A stretch of 11,638 bases of DNA from Candidatus Diapherotrites archaeon CG08_land_8_20_14_0_20_30_16 (lineage in GTDB: Archaea; Iainarchaeota; Iainarchaeia; Iainarchaeales; 0-14-0-20-30-16), in assembly GCA_002779075.1 (NCBI GenBank), contig PEXK01000013.1, positions 1-11,638 of the forward strand, read 5' to 3'. Of the stretch, positions 1 to 7,480 are shown piece by piece. The position numbers and the translations under genes were made by a program. The notes beneath the pieces were generated by a model. The model did not search any database and was not told where the DNA came from. It saw nothing but the letters and a program-made list of their open reading frames with translations. Each line of letters begins with the position of its first letter. Positions within the stretch are counted from its first letter, which is position 1.

Positions 1-41
1 AGAAATTATACAGCAGTTCCATAAATATAAAAGGGATATTT

Positions 42-3000
42 ATGACCTTTAAGGATTTGTATTATGCACAAGAGGAACATTTTAATAAAGTAATTGATTC
101 AATAGATTCTCGAATTTCTGTAAGATGGTTTTTCAATGCAATAGACAAAGTAATTCCTTCTTTTATTTTTGTTAATCTTCTTCTTTTAGTAGTTATTCTT
201 GTGCTGGTCTGGTTTTTTGTTATTCCACATATGCAAGAGGTTACTTTTATTTTCAAATCAGACAACATCCAATTAGTGGAGACCTTTAACTTCACGATAA
301 GTGTTGATGGTAAAGAATATGCTGGATTAGCAGAGCAAGGACAATCTCTTTTGGAAATTAAAAAAGGAGACAAAATAAGCATAGACTCTGTTGATTTGAA
401 GGACTACAACATTTCACAAAAAATATATGACTTTAAAGATCAAATTATAATAAATCTGGTTAAAGAAAAGTCTTTATTACCTGTTTCTTTTTACCTTTTT
501 AATTATGATGGAACAAATTTTGACAAACCTACAAATATCAGCTTTGCGTGTAGTTCTGGGTTCTCAGGGCAAAAAACAACATCTTCAAATACTTTTTATA
601 TTGATGTGCCTGATGATTGTGGCAATTTAAGTATAAATGCTCAATCTGATGGCTACAATTTGACAAAGGGCAATGAATGTGATAGTTCAGCATGTTCTTT
701 AGAATTTAGTCCAATTACAAATGTAAATAATGGAAAAATAAGTATTCCTAATGGTGGTATTAAAGTATCTGTTTTTAATGATCTAGGAGATCCTTTGTCA
801 GGTGTTAAAGTAAAAATTTATGAATCAAATAATTTACAAGACGAAATAGATGTTTCTATTACAAATCAATTGGGTTTAACAAAAATATTTTCTGGTCTTT
901 CTGTTGGCAAGTATTCAGTTTATGTCTCTTATTCTGATAATAATTATTTGGATAATTGCCAGGATACTTTTGTTAATGAAAATAGTGTCTCAGAAGTTAC
1001 AGTGAAGTTAAGCAAAATGTCTTTAGGCAAAATAAAATTAGTTTTTTTGGATGAAAATAACCTTCCATTAAAAGGTAGTTTGATATTAAAAAACAATTTA
1101 GGGGCTGTTTTATTTAGAACTCCACAATTTGATGGGGAATACAATCTGCCAGTTTATTCCTATGGGTTGTTTTATTTGGATTTCAAACCAGATGACCCAA
1201 TATTATTTCCTCTAGGAAATTACAAATTAGACATTGATTCTTCTTTAACAACAAAAACAATTGTTGTAAAAAAAGCAAGTGTTTTTAATAGTGCAAAACT
1301 AGTAATAAAAGTAATTGATGAAGATAATAATCCAGTAACTAATGGGCGGGTCTTTGTTCAAGATGCTGTAACAGAATTTGATTTATTGTCTTATGTTGTG
1401 CCAGAAACAGATTCTAATGGCAATGCTTGGGTTTTGCTACCTGAAGGTGCATATAGATTGAGAGTTTTCAATGGTTTCAGTGAGGCATTTAGTGGTACTG
1501 TTACTGTCTTTCCAAGTACCTCTGGTGAAACACCACAAATAAATTTAACAATAAACATGATGTTTGGTTATTCTCTGCTTAAATTGCAAATAAGAGACGA
1601 GTTTGGAATTCCATCTCCTAATACACAGGTCTTTTTCTTCAAAAAACCTAAAACAGATGCAGGAACAAAACTAACAAATGCCTTAGGACTAGTTAATCAT
1701 TCTTTCAAAGCCGGCACCCCCTTATACTATGTTGTTAAAGCAGATAATTATCTGCCTTATTTTAGTGAAGCGAAACTATTAATGACAAATATGCTGTGGG
1801 ATGTTAATTTGGAGTTAACACCAATAAAACTTGGCACTCCTAAAGTTGAGTTTTTAGGAATGTATGATTCTTTAGGTGGTAATGAAGAAAAGGCTATGTC
1901 TATAGGTGGTACATATTATTTAGGATTCAGAATATATATTTATGAAAAACCAGATGATACATTTGATTTTACAATAACAGCAGGAAAAAATAATACATTA
2001 GAGCAGGAAAAAGTTTATTTTAATGATGTTTTTTCATCAGCAAATACAGACACGAAACTTTTTAGCACAGACCCTGATTCTTTGTCATTAGGAGATGCAA
2101 AAACAATAATTTCTAATTGGAAAACCCCAACACAAGGTATATACGATGTTTATTATAGAGTGCAAGTGAGAAATGATTCATCAGTTCATTTGTATGATCC
2201 TTTGTCCTTTAATTGGGAGTTAAAAATTGATGATGATTTGAAAATAAGTGAAACAAAAGATTTTTTGGCAGGAACAAAAAGTGTTTGTGCCCAGGACGAA
2301 ATTTGCGGAAGATACACTTTGCTAGATAAAACAAATGAGCTCTATGTTGATGCTGTTGCAGAAGACAATTTTGAGGTAGTTCCTGGTCATACATATGAAT
2401 TGGAGTTTGATTTGATAAATGGAATTGATGGTTCAGAAGGAGAAATAAAAAATGGCTCTTTACAGATTTATAATGCATTAGCCCCAAATGAATCTGTAGA
2501 TGTAGTAAAGAACAATATTTCTACAAGATCATTTTTGCAGGTCTTTAATTATAATTTGTCAGGACCATCAAATGAAATGCATAAAGAAAATAGTGGAAAT
2601 TTCTTTGGTGTATTTGAAGAAGCATATAATTTTACTGAACTTACAAAAAACAAATATGTTTCCGGCAAGCTCACACTAAAACCAATAAGTGGCCGGTCTT
2701 ATTTGAATTTTGTTGTAATAGATTCTGACAAAAAAGTTATTGTCCAAAAAAAACCAGCATTATCTTTGCTTTTTGATGTTGTTTCTTCAAAAAAATTGAA
2801 AGTAACATTATTCCCAGACAGAGTTTTGGCACCTGAAACAACACAGAACTTGAAAATAGCAGTTAGTGATGATTCAAATTCTTTTGTAAAAGACGCATTT
2901 GTTTCTGTGCGATTAAAAAAGCCGACAGATAATAAGTATAGAATTTTAGATGATTGTGGCGGTGTAAATGAATTAAAAACAGATCCTTTGGGAATTACTG

Positions 3001-6000
3001 AATGCGAATTGAAAGCACAGGATCTGCCTGCAGGAACATATGTGCAGGTTTTGGTTGAGAAAGAAGGTTATGAAGGCTACTCCCAGAAAGATTTTACACC
3101 TGATTTACAGGTGAGCAATAAAATATTTGAATTTGATAAAGAATTTTTAAGTACCAATTTAATTTATCCTATTCAGCCAGAAGGATATGATGATTTAACA
3201 ATAACAAATAACACTGCAAAAGATATTACAATTGACCACCTGGAATTAATTGTTAACAACTATTCACAAGATGCTTTGGGATATTTAAATTTGTTAGAAA
3301 TGCAGAATTATATTTCTCAAATATATAATGGAAAAATAATTTTGGGAAGACAAATGAATTATGATGAGCAAAGTGTTTTGTCAGGTGAAGCTAAATCATA
3401 TTTAAAGAATTTCTTTAAAGCAGCATTAAATGAGCAGACTGCAAAAGAAATTGAGAAAGACACAAAAGCAGGGGGCTTTGTAAAAATATTTTTCAAAACA
3501 GAAGCAAAGCCTTTAGAAAGAATAATTCCTTTTAGTGTTAACATTGTGAGCGATGGTTATCCAACAAATAGTAGTGATTGCTTAATAATTGGTTTTCCAA
3601 GCGATATAACAAGTTTTGCATCTGACGGTTCAAAACCAATTAATATCCCTGTTATTGTACAAAATAGTTGCATAATACAGACTCAAAACAACTCCACAGT
3701 AACAGTCCTACCTGTAACTTTAGATTCTGCATTTATTGTTATTAATCATGAAAAAGGAGCACTTGGTCTGGGCTCATATTCTTTCAGTTTGAACACGGGG
3801 GAATATACAGATTTGAAATTTTCAGTGCCAAAAGCATTTGCAACTAATTGGCAATCTCAAGAATCAGAGCAACTTGCAAATATATCTTTTATGCCTAGAG
3901 GCGTAATGGGGAAAGAAACCTTGAATATAAAATTAATAGGCACTATTCAAACATCACAGGGAATGAAAAAAGTGGAGTCAAAAGAATTGAAATTTGATGT
4001 GTCTGTTTTGAATATTGAGGATTGTATAAAAGTTTTAAATGATAAAGGAAATGAATTTGATTATTTAAATTTAGAGCCAAAAGAATTTTCTATTGATACT
4101 ACATCAATAAACCCTTTGCAACAAGCACAGAAATTTGATATAACAATAAAAAATATTTGTGAAGGCATTCCTTTGGATATAAGGATTTGCAGAGATAATA
4201 CAAATAACATCCCAAAAAGTTGTGGTGAAGATCTTCTACAAAAAGGTTTTGTTGGTTTTAGTTTTGTAGGATTGGGCGAGAAACAACAATACTTTGAAAA
4301 GAAAGCAATAACTGGAGACAATACAAAAGTAGAGATATCAAGGCCAGAAATTTCTGGTGCTTATGCATTGGAAATTTATTCAAAGCAGCCAAAAGACATG
4401 TCATACAAAAGGATTAAATTCCTGCCTGTTAATGTTCAGACAAGTTTTTCAAATTCTCTTTTTATGTTAAATCCTTTTTTGGAAACCCACACAACATCGG
4501 CTAATCATGGGATTTTGGAAAGCGATGTAATGCGTGTATATAATTTGAATGTTCCTGGGCCATTGAAAATAACAGACAGAAACACATTTATCAGGATTTT
4601 GAAATTAGAATCTTCATCGGATATTAAAATAGGCAGCGCTGCAGATGCTGCTAGTGAATTAGATATGGCTAGTGGCCGATTAACTGAGACTATAATTGGT
4701 AGCGCTTCAGGTGCAGTATCTACTGTTTTGATTAGTGTTCTTATTGCAGTTACATTATCAGCTACAGCTACTGGTTGGGTCATAGGTGGCGCGGTTGTTG
4801 CTGCTGTTCTTGCTGTTGTTATGCTGGTTTTGTCTTCAATATCAAACATATCTGATTATCAAACTAGGGAATATGTTTTAATCAAAGATAAAGATGAACC
4901 TTATTTTGATCATAACAATTCTAATCCAAATATTGACCTGGAGGATCTCACCTATGCTTCGCTTTTTAAAGTCACAGGTCAAGATCATTATGAGTTTAAT
5001 ATAGTTCGAGAGGATGCTGATGGATCTGTTGGAATGACATCAACAACTTGGACTGATAGATTAAACTTTGAAGTTGGTTGTTCATCTAGTGATTATGAAT
5101 TAGACAAAGAAAATATTTTGTATTTAAGCAAAGGCGATCCAAAAACAAATTTTGATGATTGTTGGTGGGCTTCAGAACCAACAATAAGTGGAAATAAAGT
5201 TACTTTCCATCCTGCTTGTGGCGGTTCATCTTATGTTGATGTTGAATTGGAAACATATGTTGTTGTTCCTTGCAAGCTGAAGTCTGAACTTTGGGGAAGA
5301 GCAAATCAAGGGGGAATTATTGGGGGGTATCCAAACACAGGAATCTTTAATCTGCAATTCACAGACATCAACTTTGCAAAATTTTATGACGATAAGACAA
5401 AATGTGATTCTGAATGGTGTTTCAAAACCTTTCCTTTAAATATAAGCAATGTAATATTAGGAAGCACACAAAGTAATTTGAGAGTTGCTTATCATAATTT
5501 AAAACCGCAGGAAATAACAATAAATCAAAGTGGTTTTGAATGCACAGATGTTCTAGGAAATGTAATTGGTTTTACTGGTGAAAAAGCAAAACCTAAAATT
5601 AGTTTTGATTGGAGCTATGATGATATTAATAATGAGTTTTGTGAATCCGATGTTAATGGAGATGTGAAACAATATTGTGATTCAACCCAGTTTAGTATTT
5701 CACTTTTGAAACACCTGCAAAGTGCACAGGAAAAATTAAACACTTTAGGGTCACCTACTTGCCCATATATGAATCCATTTTTTAATATAAAACCAGAAGT
5801 ATCTACACAGAAAGAGTTTTTCAATGATGTTTTAATAACAAAAAATGCAGATCAAACAAAATTGTATTTGCAGGCTACAAAAATTTATGATACTGAATTA
5901 AATGCACAGGCACCTAATAACAAAACATATCTGGTTGTTGGTAACGCTAGTCCAAAAGAAATGAAAGCAGAGATTATAAGCACAGAAATAATGTTGAATG

Positions 6001-7403
6001 GTATACTTAAAAAGAGATGGAAACAGCTCTTTACATACGAGCTCTTGACTTTGCCAAATCCTGCAGATTTAGATCCTGGCAAGCAAACAATATACAATCA
6101 ATCTGTGAACCTTTTGTTTTACGGTTGCGATTCAAATGCACAGAACTGCAAGAATACAGAAATAGTGCCAACAAGTATTGTTGTTACTGCAACAAACTGG
6201 AAAGGTGGCTGTGTTGTTGAAAACCCATCAACAAAAATTTTGACAGATGGCAGAATGCTTTTATTTAAATTCTTTAAAGGTGTTGATGAAAACAAATTAT
6301 TTGAAATACAGGATATTTTGCATTACAAAGCATATTTGACTGATGATGGTTTTTCACAAGACTTTCTGAATGATCTTTACAATTATTCTCAGAAAAATAC
6401 TTTCCTGAATGAATTATCAAACTTAATTGATGATTTTAATATTAGTGAAAAATCTCCCATAGGCCAGTTTAAAATAATCAATGATTTACAGGAACCTAAA
6501 ACAATGGGTCCTGGATTATATGAAGTGCATGTAAATCTGGTTTTCCCAAAAGACAGTGTTGAGATAAAAGATGCGAATATTGAAATTGTTTTGAACAAAA
6601 TCAAACACGCAACAAATGATAATGTTTTTTATTACCTGCCTATTGATGGAAGAGTGGGTATTGATAACTCGAATATAGAAAGACAAGGTTATGGTGTTGA
6701 TTTTAGTGGGGATAACATAACAATAGACACAGATATTCTAGGGGAGCAGTTAATTACAAATCTGGGCAGTAACTCGACACCTAAGTCACACCTAGAAATT
6801 AATAAATCTGTGGGATTCTCTAAAATGAATGGGCTAAACAGAGGAACAATATTTGAAGCAAAAAGAACAGAATCTGGGCCTGTAAATAATATATCTTTGT
6901 CTTTTGTACCTAAGTTGCAATATTGGACATTGAACTATAATATGAAAAATATAAACAAAGACCAAGAATCCGGTATATACTATTCATTAATCTACAATAA
7001 CAATTTCCAGTTGCAAGAAAATTCAATACTTCCATGGTTCGCAAAAGATCAAAATAAAACAGATTTTACTGGCCAGAAACTCTTTGATACCTACCAAAAA
7101 GTATCAATAAGGGATGATGTTGATAATACTGTTTCTAAAATTGTTTATGATGCTACAAGTGTAACTGATATTGCAGATTATAATATTTATGCAAGAGTAT
7201 TTGGTATTGAAGGTGCAAGCTTGTATGTGAAAATAACAAAACTCCAAAACCTCATGAAAAAAAAAATAATTGTGGGGGTGCCAGAAAAATTGAATATTGA
7301 AACTATTGCACAAGTGATTGAAGCTATATCTTCAGGGAAGCTGTGCATTTCAAAATCAGCAAATAGTTTGTATACCAGAGTGTTTGTAAAAGAAAACAAG
7401 TAG
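42..7403 (+). CDS. Giant (2453 aa) membrane-anchored multi-beta-sandwich surface protein; putative adhesin/envelope protein, no catalytic domain recognised
   Basis: A 7362-nt ORF with no stop in an AT-rich, stop-prone background; ATG at 42, TAG at 7401-7403. Every ORF overlapping it is under 115 aa. The same frame is also open from window position 3 to 42, so a start upstream of the window cannot be excluded. Hallmark motifs read in the translation: ETDSNGNAWVLLPEGAYRLRVF (T-D-x-x-G...LP-x-G-x-Y, typical of CarboxypepD_reg-like domains) and VQVLVEKEGYEGYSQKDF (PEGA-like). Confidence 0.9.
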   Translation: MTFKDLYYAQEEHFNKVIDSIDSRISVRWFFNAIDKVIPSFIFVNLLLLVVILVLVWFFVIPHMQEVTFIFKSDNIQLVETFNFTISVDGKEYAGLAEQGQSLLEIKKGDKISIDSVDLKDYNISQKIYDFKDQIIINLVKEKSLLPVSFYLFNYDGTNFDKPTNISFACSSGFSGQKTTSSNTFYIDVPDDCGNLSINAQSDGYNLTKGNECDSSACSLEFSPITNVNNGKISIPNGGIKVSVFNDLGDPLSGVKVKIYESNNLQDEIDVSITNQLGLTKIFSGLSVGKYSVYVSYSDNNYLDNCQDTFVNENSVSEVTVKLSKMSLGKIKLVFLDENNLPLKGSLILKNNLGAVLFRTPQFDGEYNLPVYSYGLFYLDFKPDDPILFPLGNYKLDIDSSLTTKTIVVKKASVFNSAKLVIKVIDEDNNPVTNGRVFVQDAVTEFDLLSYVVPETDSNGNAWVLLPEGAYRLRVFNGFSEAFSGTVTVFPSTSGETPQINLTINMMFGYSLLKLQIRDEFGIPSPNTQVFFFKKPKTDAGTKLTNALGLVNHSFKAGTPLYYVVKADNYLPYFSEAKLLMTNMLWDVNLELTPIKLGTPKVEFLGMYDSLGGNEEKAMSIGGTYYLGFRIYIYEKPDDTFDFTITAGKNNTLEQEKVYFNDVFSSANTDTKLFSTDPDSLSLGDAKTIISNWKTPTQGIYDVYYRVQVRNDSSVHLYDPLSFNWELKIDDDLKISETKDFLAGTKSVCAQDEICGRYTLLDKTNELYVDAVAEDNFEVVPGHTYELEFDLINGIDGSEGEIKNGSLQIYNALAPNESVDVVKNNISTRSFLQVFNYNLSGPSNEMHKENSGNFFGVFEEAYNFTELTKNKYVSGKLTLKPISGRSYLNFVVIDSDKKVIVQKKPALSLLFDVVSSKKLKVTLFPDRVLAPETTQNLKIAVSDDSNSFVKDAFVSVRLKKPTDNKYRILDDCGGVNELKTDPLGITECELKAQDLPAGTYVQVLVEKEGYEGYSQKDFTPDLQVSNKIFEFDKEFLSTNLIYPIQPEGYDDLTITNNTAKDITIDHLELIVNNYSQDALGYLNLLEMQNYISQIYNGKIILGRQMNYDEQSVLSGEAKSYLKNFFKAALNEQTAKEIEKDTKAGGFVKIFFKTEAKPLERIIPFSVNIVSDGYPTNSSDCLIIGFPSDITSFASDGSKPINIPVIVQNSCIIQTQNNSTVTVLPVTLDSAFIVINHEKGALGLGSYSFSLNTGEYTDLKFSVPKAFATNWQSQESEQLANISFMPRGVMGKETLNIKLIGTIQTSQGMKKVESKELKFDVSVLNIEDCIKVLNDKGNEFDYLNLEPKEFSIDTTSINPLQQAQKFDITIKNICEGIPLDIRICRDNTNNIPKSCGEDLLQKGFVGFSFVGLGEKQQYFEKKAITGDNTKVEISRPEISGAYALEIYSKQPKDMSYKRIKFLPVNVQTSFSNSLFMLNPFLETHTTSANHGILESDVMRVYNLNVPGPLKITDRNTFIRILKLESSSDIKIGSAADAASELDMASGRLTETIIGSASGAVSTVLISVLIAVTLSATATGWVIGGAVVAAVLAVVMLVLSSISNISDYQTREYVLIKDKDEPYFDHNNSNPNIDLEDLTYASLFKVTGQDHYEFNIVREDADGSVGMTSTTWTDRLNFEVGCSSSDYELDKENILYLSKGDPKTNFDDCWWASEPTISGNKVTFHPACGGSSYVDVELETYVVVPCKLKSELWGRANQGGIIGGYPNTGIFNLQFTDINFAKFYDDKTKCDSEWCFKTFPLNISNVILGSTQSNLRVAYHNLKPQEITINQSGFECTDVLGNVIGFTGEKAKPKISFDWSYDDINNEFCESDVNGDVKQYCDSTQFSISLLKHLQSAQEKLNTLGSPTCPYMNPFFNIKPEVSTQKEFFNDVLITKNADQTKLYLQATKIYDTELNAQAPNNKTYLVVGNASPKEMKAEIISTEIMLNGILKKRWKQLFTYELLTLPNPADLDPGKQTIYNQSVNLLFYGCDSNAQNCKNTEIVPTSIVVTATNWKGGCVVENPSTKILTDGRMLLFKFFKGVDENKLFEIQDILHYKAYLTDDGFSQDFLNDLYNYSQKNTFLNELSNLIDDFNISEKSPIGQFKIINDLQEPKTMGPGLYEVHVNLVFPKDSVEIKDANIEIVLNKIKHATNDNVFYYLPIDGRVGIDNSNIERQGYGVDFSGDNITIDTDILGEQLITNLGSNSTPKSHLEINKSVGFSKMNGLNRGTIFEAKRTESGPVNNISLSFVPKLQYWTLNYNMKNINKDQESGIYYSLIYNNNFQLQENSILPWFAKDQNKTDFTGQKLFDTYQKVSIRDDVDNTVSKIVYDATSVTDIADYNIYARVFGIEGASLYVKITKLQNLMKKKIIVGVPEKLNIETIAQVIEAISSGKLCISKSANSLYTRVFVKENK
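153..227 (+). other. N-terminal transmembrane signal-anchor of gene 1 (aa 38-62)
   Basis: An uninterrupted hydrophobic run, IPSFIFVNLLLLVVILVLVWFFVIP, preceded by a 37-aa polar/charged tail. No obvious signal-peptidase A-x-A site follows it. Confidence 0.8.
756..1826 (+). repeat. Four tandem ~85-aa CarboxypepD_reg-like beta-sandwich modules (protein-level repeat, aa 239-595)
   Basis: Each unit opens with an alternating hydrophobic strand followed by an acidic/Pro turn: IKVSVFNDLGDPLSGVKVKIY, IKLVFLDENNLPLKGSLILK, LVIKVIDEDNNPVTNGRVFVQD, LKLQIRDEFGIPSPNTQVFFF. Unit 3 carries TDSNG...LPEGAYRLRV. Unit boundaries are approximate, and I saw no long DNA-level identity between units. Confidence 0.7.
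2790..3113 (+). other. PEGA / CarboxypepD_reg-like beta-sandwich module (aa 917-1024)
   Basis: KKLKVTLFPD...FVSVRLKKPTDNKYRILDDCGGVNELKTDPLGITECELKAQDLPAGTYVQVLVEKEGYEGYSQKDF. It shows the T-D-x-x-G...LP-x-G-x-Y...K-x-G-Y pattern. Confidence 0.55.
4692..4841 (+). other. Internal hydrophobic hairpin: two predicted TM spans (aa 1551-1574 and 1579-1600) in the middle of gene 1
   Basis: IIGSASGAVSTVLISVLIAVTLSA-TATG-WVIGGAVVAAVLAVVMLVLSSI. This is 50 residues with no charged side chain, rich in Ala/Gly/Ser/Thr/Val, split by a short TATG turn. The local DNA is visibly more GC-rich (GCT/GTT/GGT codons) than its flanks. Confidence 0.8.
4842..7403 (+). other. Cys-rich distal region of gene 1 (aa 1601-2453), no family recognised
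   Basis: It contains 14 Cys, 13 of them between aa 1680 and 2057 (nt 5079-6212). Several lie in close pairs: CDSEWC, CDSNAQNC, CESDVNGDVKQYC. I could not recognise any catalytic or known domain signature. Confidence 0.5.
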
Positions 7404-7446
7404 CAAAAAAGCTGAAAAGGTAAAAAAACATAAAAAGGAAGATATA

Positions 7447-7454
7447 TTTATATT
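7447..7454 (+). promoter_or_regulatory. TATA-box-like octamer TTTATATT upstream of the ORF6N gene
   Basis: It matches the archaeal TATA consensus (about TTTAWATA). Its 3' end lies 26 nt before the ATG at 7481, which would put a TSS within a few nt of the start codon (a leaderless-type mRNA). This rests on sequence pattern only. Confidence 0.4.
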
Positions 7455-7480
7455 GACGAGAAATTTTTTAGTGTGATAGT

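Noticed and set aside
1-24. A possible 3' end of an upstream gene (frame 1: RNYTAVP, then TAA at 22-24).
   Set aside because: Only seven codons are visible, and two other frames are also open over the same stretch. There is no basis for a call.
4505-4849. The longest antisense ORF in gene 1 (114 aa), which coincides with the TM hairpin.
   Set aside because: The hairpin is encoded by GCT/GTT/GGT/ACT-rich codons, whose reverse complements (AGC/AAC/ACC/AGT) contain no stops. The open antisense frame is a by-product of that composition.
5160-5174. DDCWWAS resembles the papain-family active-site context (C-G-S-C-W-A-F-S).
   Set aside because: The only nearby His (FHPAC) lies 17 residues downstream, and the SELWG segment is far too close. 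That is incompatible with the spacing of more than 100 residues in the papain-like Cys-His-Asn triad, and no Gln oxyanion residue lies upstream. The match is most likely chance.
62-7399. Eleven short minus-strand ORFs (61-114 aa: 62..382, 944..1144, 2209..2487, 3359..3544, 4061..4321, 4505..4849, 5615..5824, 5885..6097, 6389..6604, 7104..7313, 7187..7399), plus the + strand 6017..6220 ORF in another frame.
   Set aside because: All lie entirely within the 2453-codon ORF. They are short and low-complexity, with no recognisable motifs or upstream signals. They are the expected shadow ORFs of a long coding region.
42-7403. High density of N-x-S/T sequons in the ectodomains, as evidence for heavy N-glycosylation.
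   Set aside because: Asn, Ser and Thr are all inflated by the AT-rich codon bias, so sequon abundance is expected compositionally. It is not informative without a composition-corrected count.
7405-7436. Four A-tracts (7405-7410, 7415-7418, 7422-7428, 7432-7436) upstream of the ORF6N promoter, as phased DNA-bending elements.
   Set aside because: Centre-to-centre spacing is about 9 bp rather than 10-11, and the region is simply purine/A-rich. The case for intrinsic curvature is not convincing without calculation.
7464-7469. A T6 run 61 nt after the gene 1 stop, as an archaeal oligo-T terminator.
   Set aside because: This is a single short T-run in AT-rich DNA, lying between the putative TATA box and the ORF6N start. 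It cannot be distinguished from background.
7453-7480. A bacterial sigma70-like promoter: TTGACG (7453-7458), 16 nt, GATAGT (7475-7480), preceded by TGTG.
   Set aside because: The -10 element would abut the ATG at 7481, so the TSS would fall inside the coding sequence with no alternative in-frame start nearby. The TATA-like reading fits the geometry better. It is kept only as an alternative if the contig proves bacterial.
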